Assembly (NCBI GenBank): GCA_048013815.1
Contig: CM106586.1
Location: 10,912,001-10,976,000, forward strand
DNA length: 64,000 nucleotides
Direction of reading: 5' to 3'
DNA from: Setoptus koraiensis
Taxonomy: Eukaryota > Animalia > Arthropoda
Positions 34,889 to 47,644 of the stretch are shown here, one piece after another. Both the position numbers and the translations under genes were made by a program. The notes under the pieces are model-generated. The model did no database searches, was not told the DNA's origin, and was given only the letters and a program-made list of their open reading frames with translations. Position 1 is the stretch's first letter; the number at the start of each line of letters is the position of its first letter.

Positions 34889-36362
34889 ATGACACAACAA
34901 ATACACTCGCTCGAGTCGATACTAACCGATTCCGGAATACAACAGAGCAAACTCGATGAGGTACATCGTATTTTATATGGAGCAAAACTAGAGTAAGTAA
35001 TGTCCTCCCTCGATGAGTCACATCAACTGTCGACAAACTAATAACTCATTCCTGTTTCCCCAACCATCCAACCACAAACCTCATCCAGCTCAATTGACCC
35101 TGGCAAGGAGCTTCTAGGCCAAAGTGAGCAGAACAATTTCGACATCAATATCTACAAGATACCCTGTCCCGAGGAGCAGATTAGAAAACCTAGAATCGTC
35201 AGAATTGCCTGCATTCAAAATGCTATTGTTAAACCGACCACGGACCCTGTCATGGTGCAAATGAAAGCCTTGCATGATCGGATAAAATTGATAATTGAGT
35301 GCGCCGCACAAGCCGGCGTCAATGTTATCTGTATGCAAGAAGCCTGGAGTGAGTAAAAACAATGCACACTATCAATCTAGACAACCGGATACTAAAGCTG
35401 AAAATACCAATAACTGTCTCGCTTTCTTTCTATTCAGCTATGCCGTTTGCCTTCTGCACTCGCGAGAAACAACCTTGGTGTGAGTTCGCCGAATCAGCCG
35501 AGGACGGACCCACTGTCAGCTTATTGAAGCCGGTAAGCTGAGTAAAATTCACCAAGATTATCTACTCACTATAATACAGCGTAGCCCTAACTATTGACTA
35601 TCGAATCATCTCTTTCTTTCAATCTCTCTCTCTCTCTCTCTCTCTGCCCGAGTAAAGTTGGCCCAGAAACACAATATGGTAATTGTGTCGCCAATACTAG
35701 AGCGCGATCATGTCCACTTGGATACTATATGGAATACTGCTGTCGTTATAGATAATAATGGAAATTATCTGGGTAAATCAAGAAAGAATCACATTCCTCG
35801 AGTTGGAGACTTCAATGAGTCCACCTATTACATGGAGAGTGAACTAGGGCATCCAGTTTTCGAGACAATGTTTGGTCGTATTGCGGTAAATATTTGTTAC
35901 GGGCGCCATCATCCACTCAATTGGTTGGGCTTTGCACTCAATGGCGCTGAGATCGTCTTCAATCCATCAGCCACAGTTGATGGACTGAGTGAAACGCTGT
36001 GGCCTATAGAGGCCAGAAATGCAGCAATAGCTAATTCGTACTATACTTGCGCAATAAACAGAGTCGGAAGTGAAGAATTTCCTAATGAGTTCACTTCGGC
36101 TGACGGCAAGCCAGCGCACAAAGTTTTCGGACACTTCTATGGATCTAGTTACGTTACCGCTCCAAACGGAACTAGGACACCTGGTTTGAGTCGCATTAAA
36201 GATGGTCTGTTGGTTGCCGAAATAGACTTGAATCTTTGCAGACAATCCAAAGACTTTTTTGGCTTTCAAATGACACAACGTCTGGATTTGTACGCCGATC
36301 TAATCAATGAAGCTACTGGCCATAACTTCAAACCCTATATCATTAAGGCCATCACTCCATAG
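34889..36362 (+). CDS. UPB1: Beta-ureidopropionase; 4 exons (34889-34992, 35089-35348, 35438-35532, 35658-36362), 387 aa
   Basis: Nitrilase triad ICMQEAW|[33 protein letters not shown]. All three GT-AG junctions are in phase. Confidence 0.95.
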
Positions 36363-36673
36363 CTGGATTTGAATCAAAACAATAAGCAAACAGAGGTTAA
36401 TTAACCGGTAACAATGCTCTCAATATCTGTAGGAATATTATCAACATCGAAAATAGAAAAAAAATCTTGCACTATCACTATGCTAATCACTTTAATCATC
36501 GTAAATCTAGAACTTAATCGATATCCTGATACTTTTTTGTTTTCTTTGTTGTTTTCTTTTTGATCAGACCTCCAAATTGTACATTTGAAAGGATGTATTG
36601 ATGCTTGCTTAAAAGATTACATATGTATTTAGTATTTGATGGCAAATCGGTAAATGTGTGAAAGTTTATCGAT

Positions 36674-38971
36674 CTATGTAATCTTTTCAGACTTTTTGAA
36701 TGTTTGCCTCATGACCAATTCTAAATCCTCAAAAGCGGACATTCTCTTGTCCAGGCTAGATACGGGCCTAGTTAGTGTACTAGAGTTACTGTTACTTGCG
36801 ACTATGTTATTATCATTCTTATTATTATTATTGTGACGAATTGATTGTCTAGATTCAGCTTGTTCACGTTGTATTTGCAACAATTGATACTGAGTCTGAG
36901 GATCAATGGATGGATTTATTTGCGGTTGCACAATGGTTTCTGGTTTGAGTAACAGACCTCCTGAGTAGCCTGCTCGAGAGCAATGAGAAAGTTTGGTTTT
37001 GTAAGGAAAGCGCATGAAGTAATAAAATTGCGGGTTGTTAACTAAAACATATAATCGGAAAACTTACCTGGTGGAATAACATCAATTAAAGGGTCAACAG
37101 GTTTTGTTGGCGCATTTGTGTTGTTGCTCAATTCTGCCAAATAAGAGAGATATAGCGTTGATTTGGTTATTACTTATTCGAACAAATAGTAGATAATTAA
37201 TGCAGAGAGTGCTATCACTTACCAATCGCATCACCGAAGGCCTCTTCGAAATATCGATCAATATCATTCAGTGCAGTAGCCGTATAGCTACCATTATGAC
37301 TGATACCTCTCTTATCCGGGACACAAAACTCCGAAACAAGCCCGAAAGAGTCGGCACCATCCCCGAATGGATTTTTAGCCTCATTTTTCATCTTGTTGTT
37401 TGCCTCGTCATTGAAAGTTGAAACAAATGGATTGAGAGAGCGCGATTCCTTTGACGGTGGCCCTGTAATCTTCACAGTAGATTGACTAGAGGAAGCCTCG
37501 GACTGCTTGGGTGTTTATTTTGTGTAGGGCGACGAAAAAAGACGGCAGAGTAAGTATAGGGAACGCGATTACGATTGTTGTTTGTAGTGGATATTTTTTG
37601 TGTGAGATTACAAACCGGCCATGAAAATATGTCAGCAGTGTGCGTTTTGAACTAATTATTTTCCGGCGTAAGTCGAAGGGGAATCAAAAGGAGTAACAAC
37701 AACAAATTTCCACTTATTGTAGTTTCAGCATGCAAACAGTGTTGGCAAGAGGATGATTGCGGGAATGGGCGCCATGGATCATATACTTACCTCTTTGAAA
37801 GCCTTCTCTTCCTCGTCCAGGACCTCCTTGAGCGAGAAATCATTGTTGACACTGTTCCAAGGATCATCATTTTGTGTTGTCACACAATTGTCTGATGTGC
37901 TACTACTGCCGATGTTGTTGATACTGTTGGAATCGAAATTGGCCACAAACTTGTCCTTGTTGAGATCTTTTTGGGCGTCCAAAACTGCACCTTTGGAACT
38001 GCACATTGTGCGAAAAAAGAACTTGCGTCAATCAATTTGAAATACACGAAATATAACAATGAAATATATATCACAAAAATAATTATTATAACTTACCGTC
38101 TGGATCCTTCAACTGTGAGAAGATGTTGCTCTAAGGCGTCCACCAGCGAGCTAGGCGCTCGTCTCAGATCTGGAATGTTGCCCCTGTCTATGCCGACAGA
38201 TTCGGCCAATTTTAAAAAGTCTGAAACTTTGTCGACGCGCACGAGAAACTTTTTGTACGCATCAAAGGCTTCTCGGCACAATTTTTTGTTCAAATCAAAG
38301 TAAATTTCTAATAAATTAATAATTGCATCATTGTAGGCTGCAAATAGCTTGATTAAATCTTTGAATAACAATAAAAAACTAGCATTTATAACACCATTGT
38401 TCAATTCTGATGGTGAACATTGAAATTCTAATAGACTGTCCATTTGTGATTGTATCACTGGCAATGCCTTCAATAGTCTATCAGTAGGCATAGTTCGTAG
38501 TTTGTTGTCTTGGCCGGGTTTAATGCGACACAAATCAATAGCCAATGTTCTGTAGGATAGCGCTTTGCTGTTAAGATAACGAGAATAAATTCTAATAAAA
38601 GTAGACATTCCGTAGCCCTTGTTATCTGAGCGATCCAAGAAATTGCCCAATTGAAATGTATAATTGTTTGAGGCAAGATATTGTGTGAAGCGTTCATTGC
38701 CAAAGCTCATTAGATGGTGAACGGTAATGAGAGCTTTGTAAACGACAATCCAACGAGTTTGATTTGTGCGTTCTATCAGCATATTGGCCAATTGTGGTAT
38801 AGACACATTGGACACATGACTACAGGCCAATAAATAGTCTAAATGTTTGCGTTTCGGTGCCAATATTTCCTCGGTGGTGGCCTTGCAAACGCACCGGGCC
38901 AGCGATTGACCCGCCAGTGTGTATTTGGCCGCATTAAGCCTATCGTTAATTGTTTGACCCGAAGTGGTCAT
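36674..38971 (-). CDS. PICALM: PICALM/AP180 (LAP) ANTH clathrin assembly protein; 5 predicted exons (38971-38097, 37998-37791, 37502-37223, 37133-37068, 36969-36674), 574 aa
   Basis: [13 protein letters not shown]...[67 protein letters not shown] motifs. The 3' exons are inferred from phase-compatible GT-AG sites. Confidence 0.88.
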
Positions 38972-40610
38972 TGTGTCTGTTTGGTTTGGTGTGTAATAGC
39001 CAAGGATATAATGCAGATTATTAGTATTATTAGTATTTTATTATTGATTTCAATTGATTAGAATGCAGTTAATTAATAACAACGACAGAGCGTTAGTTGC
39101 TTGGTCAGTCGGGTGTACCTACATTAGTGATGACGGGGTGTCTGCAGTGACAGTGATTGATTGACCAGTGATGGATTGATATTGTGTGGTAAGGCCTCAT
39201 TCGAATTGATTGTTGCTGTTGTTGATTGTGCGTGATCGAGAGAATGCTGCCTGTCTCTGGCCACACCGAGTGATAAAACTTGTATCATATAAGTGTTGTC
39301 GTTGTTGTTGTTGTTGCTGCTGTTGCTGTGAGGACTGTCGACGGTATAAGCAAGGCAACTGATTGGCCGATTGGATAATGAAACGCACTGTAGCCAACAG
39401 TGTCGATTGGTGTCGGGGCTCTCCGAGCAGCAACGGTAAACAATAAATAATAATGGTTTGCTTAAAAAAATAAATTATACATGTTACGCTATCGGCACTA
39501 CCAAAATACTGATGAATATACCGATATGTCTATATCTGTTCATGTGAAACTATATGAAAAATACTGATTATAATATTACATATTTTTGATCTATTTCGCC
39601 AATATCTGTGTGAGAGCAACTGCTAATAATAACACCCACATAGAAGGCAGCTGTGAGGTCGCGAGCTCGCGATTTCTAGCTCGCTGCAAGCGTCTCACTT
39701 TTGTTTTAGCGCGCCAATTTCAAGCTGATCTAAATAATTTATTTTTTTTTATTTCGAAAAAAAAACATTTTCACTAATGAATCTCATAGCTGTTGCACAA
39801 TAATGATGATTGCATAAAAACAATAATTAAATTTAGATTGCACCTTCCAATGATTATAGTTGTCGGCGATGGCGCCGATCGATCGATCGCAGTGCCATTG
39901 CCTGTATTGGTGGATCACTTGCCCGCGGGTGATCTCGTCTGAACCAGACTAGCGATTTTAGGCCATATAAATAAATAAATCCGTTGTTTGTTTTTTCACC
40001 CTCGGAAAACGTTGACTCGCTGTCTATTCTATCATATTCATTATATCGTCAGATGATTCATGCTACAGTCTTCGGGTAGCGCAGTCGTTTCTCCCTCTTG
40101 TGTCTGTATATGATTGTATCGCAACCATCACTCCGCAACTTCACTGGTTCTTGCGCTGGCATCACTTTCCATCACGCACCTAGACAACTATAACTATTTT
40201 GACCAACTGACTTTGTGGCAATCGAGCCACTCCGGAAGTGGCTTCAATTTTTGCGTAACAAAAAGTGAATGCTCTCCGCAATCACCTGTTGTTGTTTGCA
40301 GATCAAGACTTGCTTCCTGTTCTACGTGTGGTTTGTTTTCCTGAGGATAATTCGGTTCTCTTTCCATCGCTAATTCATGATGACTCGTGTGAACAATTGG
40401 TGGCAGTAATGCAGTCACCACAGAGATTATCATGATGCTCAGCACTGGTCATTGTGTTATCAACGAATGTATCCTCCTCTGATTTGCTCACATTCTTTGC
40501 AAAATATCAATTATCAAGCTTCACAATGGTTGAGTTGGAGGTTGCAGTGTTGTTTGTTTGCCAGTCGCAATCGATGGGAAATCAATCATTGATTTAAGGG
40601 TATGAATGTG

Positions 40611-41451
40611 AATGCAGCAAAATTTCAGCAATAATTGCGAGTTTCGACATGGATAGACTGATCCAACTTTGGTGAGGCAAACAAAAGTGATGCTCCATCG
40701 CGACGCTCACGCCGTTCAGTTGCGGATCTCTATGATGTAATATAGAGAGGATATTCTCCTATTTTGTATCTCAATTCAATGCCGTCTCTTTGTTTAAATT
40801 ACTGCGCTATTCCTCCATCAATATAACGCACTATGCGTGTCGTAAATCGTGAGAAATGTTAGATCTAACAAGTAGTTTGGCATTAATGTAAACACAGCAA
40901 AATGTTTGGTAACAAGTGCAAGTTTCGACATGAACAGAAGGATTCGGCTTTGGCAGGCCAACAAAAAAGGGTACTGCCTCGCGACACTCGTGCCACTCGG
41001 TTGCATCTAACGGTGTGATATATGGATGATTTTCTCCCATTTTGTTTCTCGTTCCAATGCTGTCTCTTTGATGAAATTAGTGCGCTATGCCTCGATCATT
41101 ATAGCACCCTTTGCATGTCGTAAATCATGAGAAATCGAATTGATTCAATACTTGAATTTCAAGGGGTCTGGTATGATTGTAAACACAGCAAAATTCTGAT
41201 AACAAGTGCGAGCTTCGACATGGATAGACTGATCCGACTTTGGTAAGGCAATCAAAAAAGATGCTCCTTTGTGACGCTCGCGCCACTCAGTTGCGGATCT
41301 CAATGATGTGAAATATGGAGGATATTTTCCTATTTTGTATCTCAATTCAATGCCGTCTCTTTGTGAAAACTACTGCGCTACTCTTCGATCAATATAGCTC
41401 ACTTTGTGTGTCTTAAATCGCGACAAATTAAATTTGTTTGATCTAACAAGT
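40611..41451 (+). repeat. Three diverged tandem units (periods 280 and 291 bp), possibly decayed WD40 repeats
   Basis: Units start at 40611, 40891 and 41182. They share TTCGACATG, CTTTGG, CAATGC(C/T)GTCTCTTTG and TGCGCTA, and translate to L(I/V)TSASFD..RIRLW..N...C..TL. Confidence 0.75.
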
Positions 41452-43948
41452 GCCACGAATGCAACGATCGCGCCACTCGACTGCTTTATCTCGCTGATGG
41501 TTAGCATGATTGCTAGGCGATACAAAGTTCGAGATAGAGTTGCTGGATTCACTTACATTGTTGGCGAAAACATCAGTTATCGAGCGCATCAATAGCTTCC
41601 CAATTGCTTCAAAACTTTGCATATTTTTGGGACGTCTAGTTTGTTCAACCTATGAAAAAAGTGAACGAGCCGTGTTGTCATACTCTTTAGGGCAAAAATG
41701 CAGTTTCATTCATCTAACTTCTTCTCGACATTACTTATAAAGGTGTTCGAACTAGTCATATTTTCTTCTCTGCATCGTTTAATTACCATAGAATAGGACC
41801 AATTGTCCCTCAGAAGGGAGCATCCAAAGCCTCTCTTAAGATCGCTCATTTCATCAATCAAGTGAATCAAAGATCAACTGAAATTTGTCAACAGAAAGAG
41901 GTATATCTATTATCCGACCAACAAAATGTAAGGTTTGTTCGCATGCTGGACAGTCACTGATCTCTGTTACTGCATAGCTACTGTTCTAAATTACTCATTA
42001 GTATCACTATTATTGCAAGCTTTCTAATCTGGACTGGAAATAGAGAAGAATCGAGCAACTATAATGTGGAATCTGATTCAAGACGATGATTGCATCGTAG
42101 ATAGCATTATAATCGCCAACGGGAGATTTCACTCTCAGAATCGCCACTCTACACGCTAGTGATACAAGCCAATGGTCATCCGATGATCTCATTTGAACCC
42201 GGCGAGTGATTCGAGCCAAATTTAAGCCCCTTCCTACGGGCTATATTTTTTCGTGCGTTTGTTTCTTTCATCCAATTTCCAATCCATTTCATTGCAGCCT
42301 GGAAGTGAAATAAATCTAATTTTTCAATCACGCTAATTAAGCAATCCGTCCATCTCAAATTTAATTATTCAGTTAATATTTCTTCTTATCAGTATCAAGT
42401 TAATTAACTAATGTCGCCCCATGCGATTTTTCTGAAAAGAGAGCCGCCACTCATGTGTCATTCATCATTTATGGCTTCCAACATCTCGCATGTCGGACCA
42501 TTTTTCATCTGATTAAGACGATACAAGTGACTATAATCGTAACACTTATGCACAGTTTGTCCAATAAACAATCAAATTGAATAAATCTGAATAGGATTTG
42601 AATGGAACAAACTTGTTTGAGCTGATTAACGACAGCACCAGTTACGAAAACCTACAATCTGCTGTTGACACGACCGCCTAAAAGTTGTTGTGTGTGACAG
42701 TTCTGAAAATAACGGTGCTGTTGTTGTTGTTTAATATCTGGCAATGCTTGCCCCACACGCATCTATACCGGGTATAAATATCTATTAAGTGTTTGTTAAT
42801 TATCATCAAATCTTCCTTGTAATTAATTGTCATGATGAGTGCGCAAGTTGGTGCAACAATTACGTCAAGGCAAACGATTCCTAATGGCCGAGAGATGAAC
42901 AACAATTCAACAAGTGCTTTACACACACAAACACACTGGTAAAGTCGGGAATCCTGATCGGGTTAAACTGTGGCCGGCTGGTGATTGCATGTCCGTTAGT
43001 TGATACACAACTACCACTACCACCACAACTACAACGACAACCTAAAGTTAGTTGTTGCAAGGTGACGAATGGGTCACTGGCGACTAATTGTCAAATAGCG
43101 ATTTGTAATTGCTTGTGTTCGACTGCGATCCGTTATTAATGGATGCCAGCAGCCGGCTCGAGTTGACAAGTGATCAGACTGTCACAATCATTTACGTCAT
43201 CCTGTGAAGCAACAACAATCGCATCATCATCTCATGCTTTCGACTCAATAATGAGCACAAAAAGATCCGTTTTTCTTGTTTCGTTGTCGTTGTTGTTGCT
43301 GATGTGGCTGTTGTGGCTGTTGTGGTTGTTGTGATCGACTCTCTCTGATCGGCTGACTTGCAAAAATACGGGATGTATTCGATCGACAACAAGATGTTGC
43401 TGACACGGAAAACGTCGTGACAGCAAACGATGCTTTTGCACACATCTGGCGGTTGTTGTTTAATATCTGGAAAAAAGGTAATAAACGAAAATTAACTTCG
43501 TTCCACCAAGCATTCTGATCGGCCAGCAGCAAGCAAAACCTGTTGAGGCACTGATTGATATCATTGCACCACCAGATGACTTGACCACGTTTGTGTTCAT
43601 ATCGCTCATTCATCGCTAGATTTTTAAATATTCGGCCATCAGTGCCGGATATCTAGACCTGGCAAAGTTTTTGCTTGCGCAGCTCTAGATTGCAAACGAT
43701 AGGCAAGCTGAAAACTGAGCACAATTTTCAGTCGTCAGTGAGTGCATCATGTTTGTTACTCGCTGCAATCTCATTTTGTGCAGATAATCGCAATTGGTAT
43801 CTGTCGCAAATAAGTATCTGTAGTTAGTTGGTACTTCAACTCAAGGCTGAAATTTACCAAAGGCATTTTTTTATTGATAAATTTTGCGTCTACCCCTATG
43901 ATGTCCGGAGGCTTGGTTTTTCATCGTGAAAAACAGGTGAAAAACCCA

Positions 43949-44107
43949 GGTGAGTTAACTGAACCACTCGCCTTCACCATCAGCGGAAAAAGAAGATTTC
44001 GTCAAGGGGGCATTCTCAAATGTGGCCTCCAAATATGATCTCATGAATGACCTGGTTGGTGCGGTTACTTGCACAGATGTTGGAAACAATATCTGATTGA
44101 CAGGATT
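43949..44107 (+). pseudogene. COQ5: Older, frameshifted inverted copy of COQ5 5' coding region (source ~34045-34200)
   Basis: [32 protein letters not shown][+2][13 protein letters not shown] vs parent [47 protein letters not shown]. Confidence 0.9.
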
Positions 44108-44489
44108 CACCACCTGACTCAACACTCAAATTACACTGCTGGGAAGGAAAAAAGTTGCAGTGAGTATATCAGTATCTAGGCATATATATTTTCTGATCTT
44201 TTCGCAGTTACTTACGCTGGCTTCGCTGAGAGTCTAGGCGAAATTTGGAGACTGTGGCATGAACATTTTTCGAATGAAATGATAAAATCTTCGTTCTGTA
44301 ACACAATGTGTTTATTTCACGACAGCTAACAATGTAAATAAAACTAACCAAACGACTTCAACTAGTGAGTGTATTTTCTCACACATGCAATCAACACATA
44401 TTCAAACATATTCATATCTGTAACTGTCATACTAACTAAACATTAACACAACATTTTGTCTCGACAATAATAAATTGAACTACAGATTA

Positions 44490-47000
44490 TTATAGCTTCT
44501 TTAGCGTATAGTTGAGCGTAATGACTAACAACATGATCAGTATTACCATATATATCAGCATACCGAATATGGAATACACTGCGCCTTGTTGATCTATACC
44601 CATGTGGTGTAACATTAATGATTGATATTGCTCACATGTTGGACCCATGAAGTGGCCTGAATTCATCATATTGGCGAGGTCATTTGCATAATTTCGTACG
44701 TGATTTAGGCCGGTCGCTGGTAATTGAGAATTTTCTCCTCTTGATAGAGCGTTCTCGATATCGATGGAATCTAGCTTATAATTGATACTTTCTTCTACAG
44801 TATTTGGTACATCTACAAAACGGGCCTCATAGTTTTTCATGTAATACTCTAGATTTCGCTCACATTGGCACTGATTGTAGCCATATCGTATCAACAATAC
44901 TAGACTATTTCCCATTCGTAGAAATGAGCCCCGACAAATATATCTGATCACTGCCCAATTGATATCTTTCACTCTCACGGTCATGCCAGAAAGAAGATTC
45001 ATTGGTACTATTGTTGCTATGGTTGCGACTATCGCAGTCACCGGATATTCCGCTAGGATGCATCCTATTAAAGTTCCGGTTGTGCCACTGATTAATGACA
45101 TGAGGCCCACTACTACTGATGCCGCTAATATACGCCATCCTAGATAACCAATGGCATTTCCTGTTAATCCATATATGAGCATAAATGTCAACATTGGTAA
45201 CATAAAATCTCTTATAATTAACATACATACTGTTGCAACAACAACACCTGATGGTTCATACCAGCCATTGCGCACTTCTTTGATTAATCTTGGCATCATA
45301 ATTGGAAATATTAGAGAGGATACAACAGAAGTGCAACTAACAAAGGTCGATGAAGCTATAGCTATAGTTATTAGATTTACTCTCATGGAATCCACTTCCA
45401 ATAGTTTATCTTGGTAATATTTTAGGATTCCTTTCTCTTTGTCCACCATTGCCGCAATCGAGAGATCTTTGACAATTACCGGACAGAAATCGTAATGGCC
45501 TCTGCTGCTCCCATGAGGAGAATATTGTATCCATACTATAAGTAGAACATTGGATATGTAGAACAACAGAGAGTATAAGATGTGCATGGGATCCCTGATG
45601 AATGTCAGGCAGACATTTTTAACCAATAAATTTGTTTTGAACCAATAGCTACCCCGTGGAACATTTTGAATAGTAAGCTTGTCAACCCTAGGTGCCATTG
45701 TTAGTTCCTTAGTATTTCTTACCATTTGAGCTGCGTCAAGATAGATGCAATTTTCCTGCATCTTTTTACTAAATTGCTGTTGCTGATGGTTGCTCAAAAC
45801 TTCGACAACTTTTTCACCGTAAACATTTGAGGCGAGATCAAGCAGAAATGATGCAGGCGATTGATTTTCTTCTGCATGCTGAAACTTATCATGGTTCTTA
45901 GCGGATAAATTGTGTAACTTTATGAAGCTCTTAATCATGCTGACAGCATCTTTTGGTGGACCATCGTAGATAACTTTACCATAATTGCCCATAATATAAA
46001 CACGGTCAAATAGGTAGAAATTCTCAAATCCCGGCTGATGTATGGTCAAAACGATCGAAATAGATTTGTTGCCACTTTTTTTTGATTCTCTGCTAATCAA
46101 TTGTTTCAGCAACAACAGCAATTTCTTGCTAGTGTATGAATCTAGGCCCGAGGTAGGCTCATCCAACACAAGAAGGTCTGGATCAGACATTAACTCCTGG
46201 CCTATTGATGTCCGCTTATATTCTCCACCTGAAATCATGTTGCATCGAGTGTTAAGACAATCACCTAGATGCAACTTTTCACTTATCTTTTTTTTTCAGA
46301 GATAGGTTCGGAGTGGAAAGAGTAACGAACAGCTCATCAATAGCGTCTTCGACGGAACAGGATATCGGTGGACAGTTATAACCATGTCTTCAAATTGTAT
46401 GGTACTTACTCTTCTGACATTGGCCTCGTGATTAAACCCATTTGAGACATTCTTCATTCTACTGGCGAAATATAGACATTCTTTGACTGTCAGCGATTCA
46501 TTCAAGGAGTCCTTTTGTGGAATGAACGACATTGTCAAGCCCTCTCTATTGCACCTGTTGCCAATCAAATATATTTCACCAATACATCCCGTCTTCTTCC
46601 CGATCAAGGCATTCAATAGAGAGGTCTTACCAGCACCTGATGGGCCCAAGATGGCCATTATTTCATTCGAATTAGCCATACCATTAAGATTTTTGAAAAT
46701 AAGTCGACTTGTCTCTGGGTTATGATCGGCCACTAATGTTTGCCTTCTACCACTATTATCATGATGATTGATGATACCAGCCATGGTGAGTTTCATTCTT
46801 TTCAATATATGGGCCATGTCGACAGCTGGATTACCCACTTCATACGAAAGATCATTCCAAACGATGCTAAACGAATCGTTGTTAGTACGTGTGAAGACAG
46901 TTGGACTCGACTCGCATAAAATAGTGTCCAATTCATGTTCTATTTGCGAATCAGTCTTCCTGGCGAAGCTTGACAATACAACTTGTTGGTTGATGTCCAT
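44490..47000 (-). CDS. ABCG half-transporter (NBD-TMD); 2 exons (47000-46410, 46286-44490), 795 aa
   Basis: Walker A GPSGAGKT, signature ISGGEYKR, Walker B LLVLDEPTSGLD, TIHQP (ABCG-type), six-TM C-terminal domain. Confidence 0.88.
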
Positions 47001-47210
47001 GATGTAGTTCGAAATTTTCTATTTATTATTGTTATAACTTGACTGAAATTGTCGCCAAAACTTTAAGAACTTATCACTAATTTAAATTTTCATTGTTCAA
47101 TACATTCAGCAAATTGAAGTAGCGCCGAAGTGTCGACAGTGACTATGTTCCATTTTGTATGACAAAAAAGAAAAAACCTGGAAACTGAAAGAGATAATAA
47201 AAGTGATGAA

Positions 47211-47216
<6 letters not shown>

Positions 47217-47243
<27 letters not shown>
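47217..47243. repeat. (CT)13 microsatellite
   Basis: Direct read. Another (CT)n lies at ~35623-35645 in UPB1 intron 3. Confidence 0.9.
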
Positions 47244-47572
47244 ATCTTGCTTGGCAAGCTTTCCTCCAGCCTCGATTCAATATTGCTGTTAGGAGTGCTG
47301 AAATAACTGCCTCGCTTGATTAACTGGAGAAAATTTATTATCGGTATAAAATAGCAATTGCTCGTTGATTAGCAAGGCGATAAATTGAGTGTTGTCTTGC
47401 GACGAAAGTATTGTGATACTGCTCCTTTCTAGAGTCATCGCGTCAGCTTTCGACAGATAGATAACCTTATACTTCGGATTCGCTGTGCTTCTTACTGTGA
47501 TTCTTTCTTTGAATCGCTTTCTTTGTATGTATCTTTCACAGTACTTAACTTCTCATCGGCCACTATAATTGA

Positions 47573-47644
47573 AGCAGAAAAATCTTTACTACTCAGATGC
47601 AAGCTAGAGTCCCAAACAATATTAGTACTCGTCACTAATCACGT
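47573..47644 (+). pseudogene. Inverted, frameshifted fragment of the expansion exon starting at 49995 (source 49928-50000); weaker intron-like homology back to ~47370
   Basis: AGCAGAAAAATCTTTACTACTCAGATGCAAGCTAGAGTCCCAAACAATATTAGTACTCGTCACTAATCACGT vs gene AGCAGAAGATCTTTACTACTCAGGTTTGCAAGCTAGAGTCCCACAAAATATTAGTACTCGCCACTACTCACGT. Confidence 0.85.

Noticed and set aside
14367-38971. CLINT1 and PICALM as a clathrin-adaptor gene cluster
   Set aside because: They are 20 kb apart with many unrelated genes between them and share no sign of local duplication. Probably coincidence.
40830-41430. HDLRH(A/T) motif suggesting a tyrosine recombinase on the minus strand
   Set aside because: The downstream LGH...Y elements are absent or mis-spaced and the frame is full of stops. 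The plus-strand WD40-like reading explains more residues.
42723-43470. 19-nt direct repeat GTTGTTGTTTAATATCTGG at 42723 and 43452, both resembling minus-strand acceptors
   Set aside because: It is largely low-complexity GTT, and I could not assemble a coherent gene model around it.
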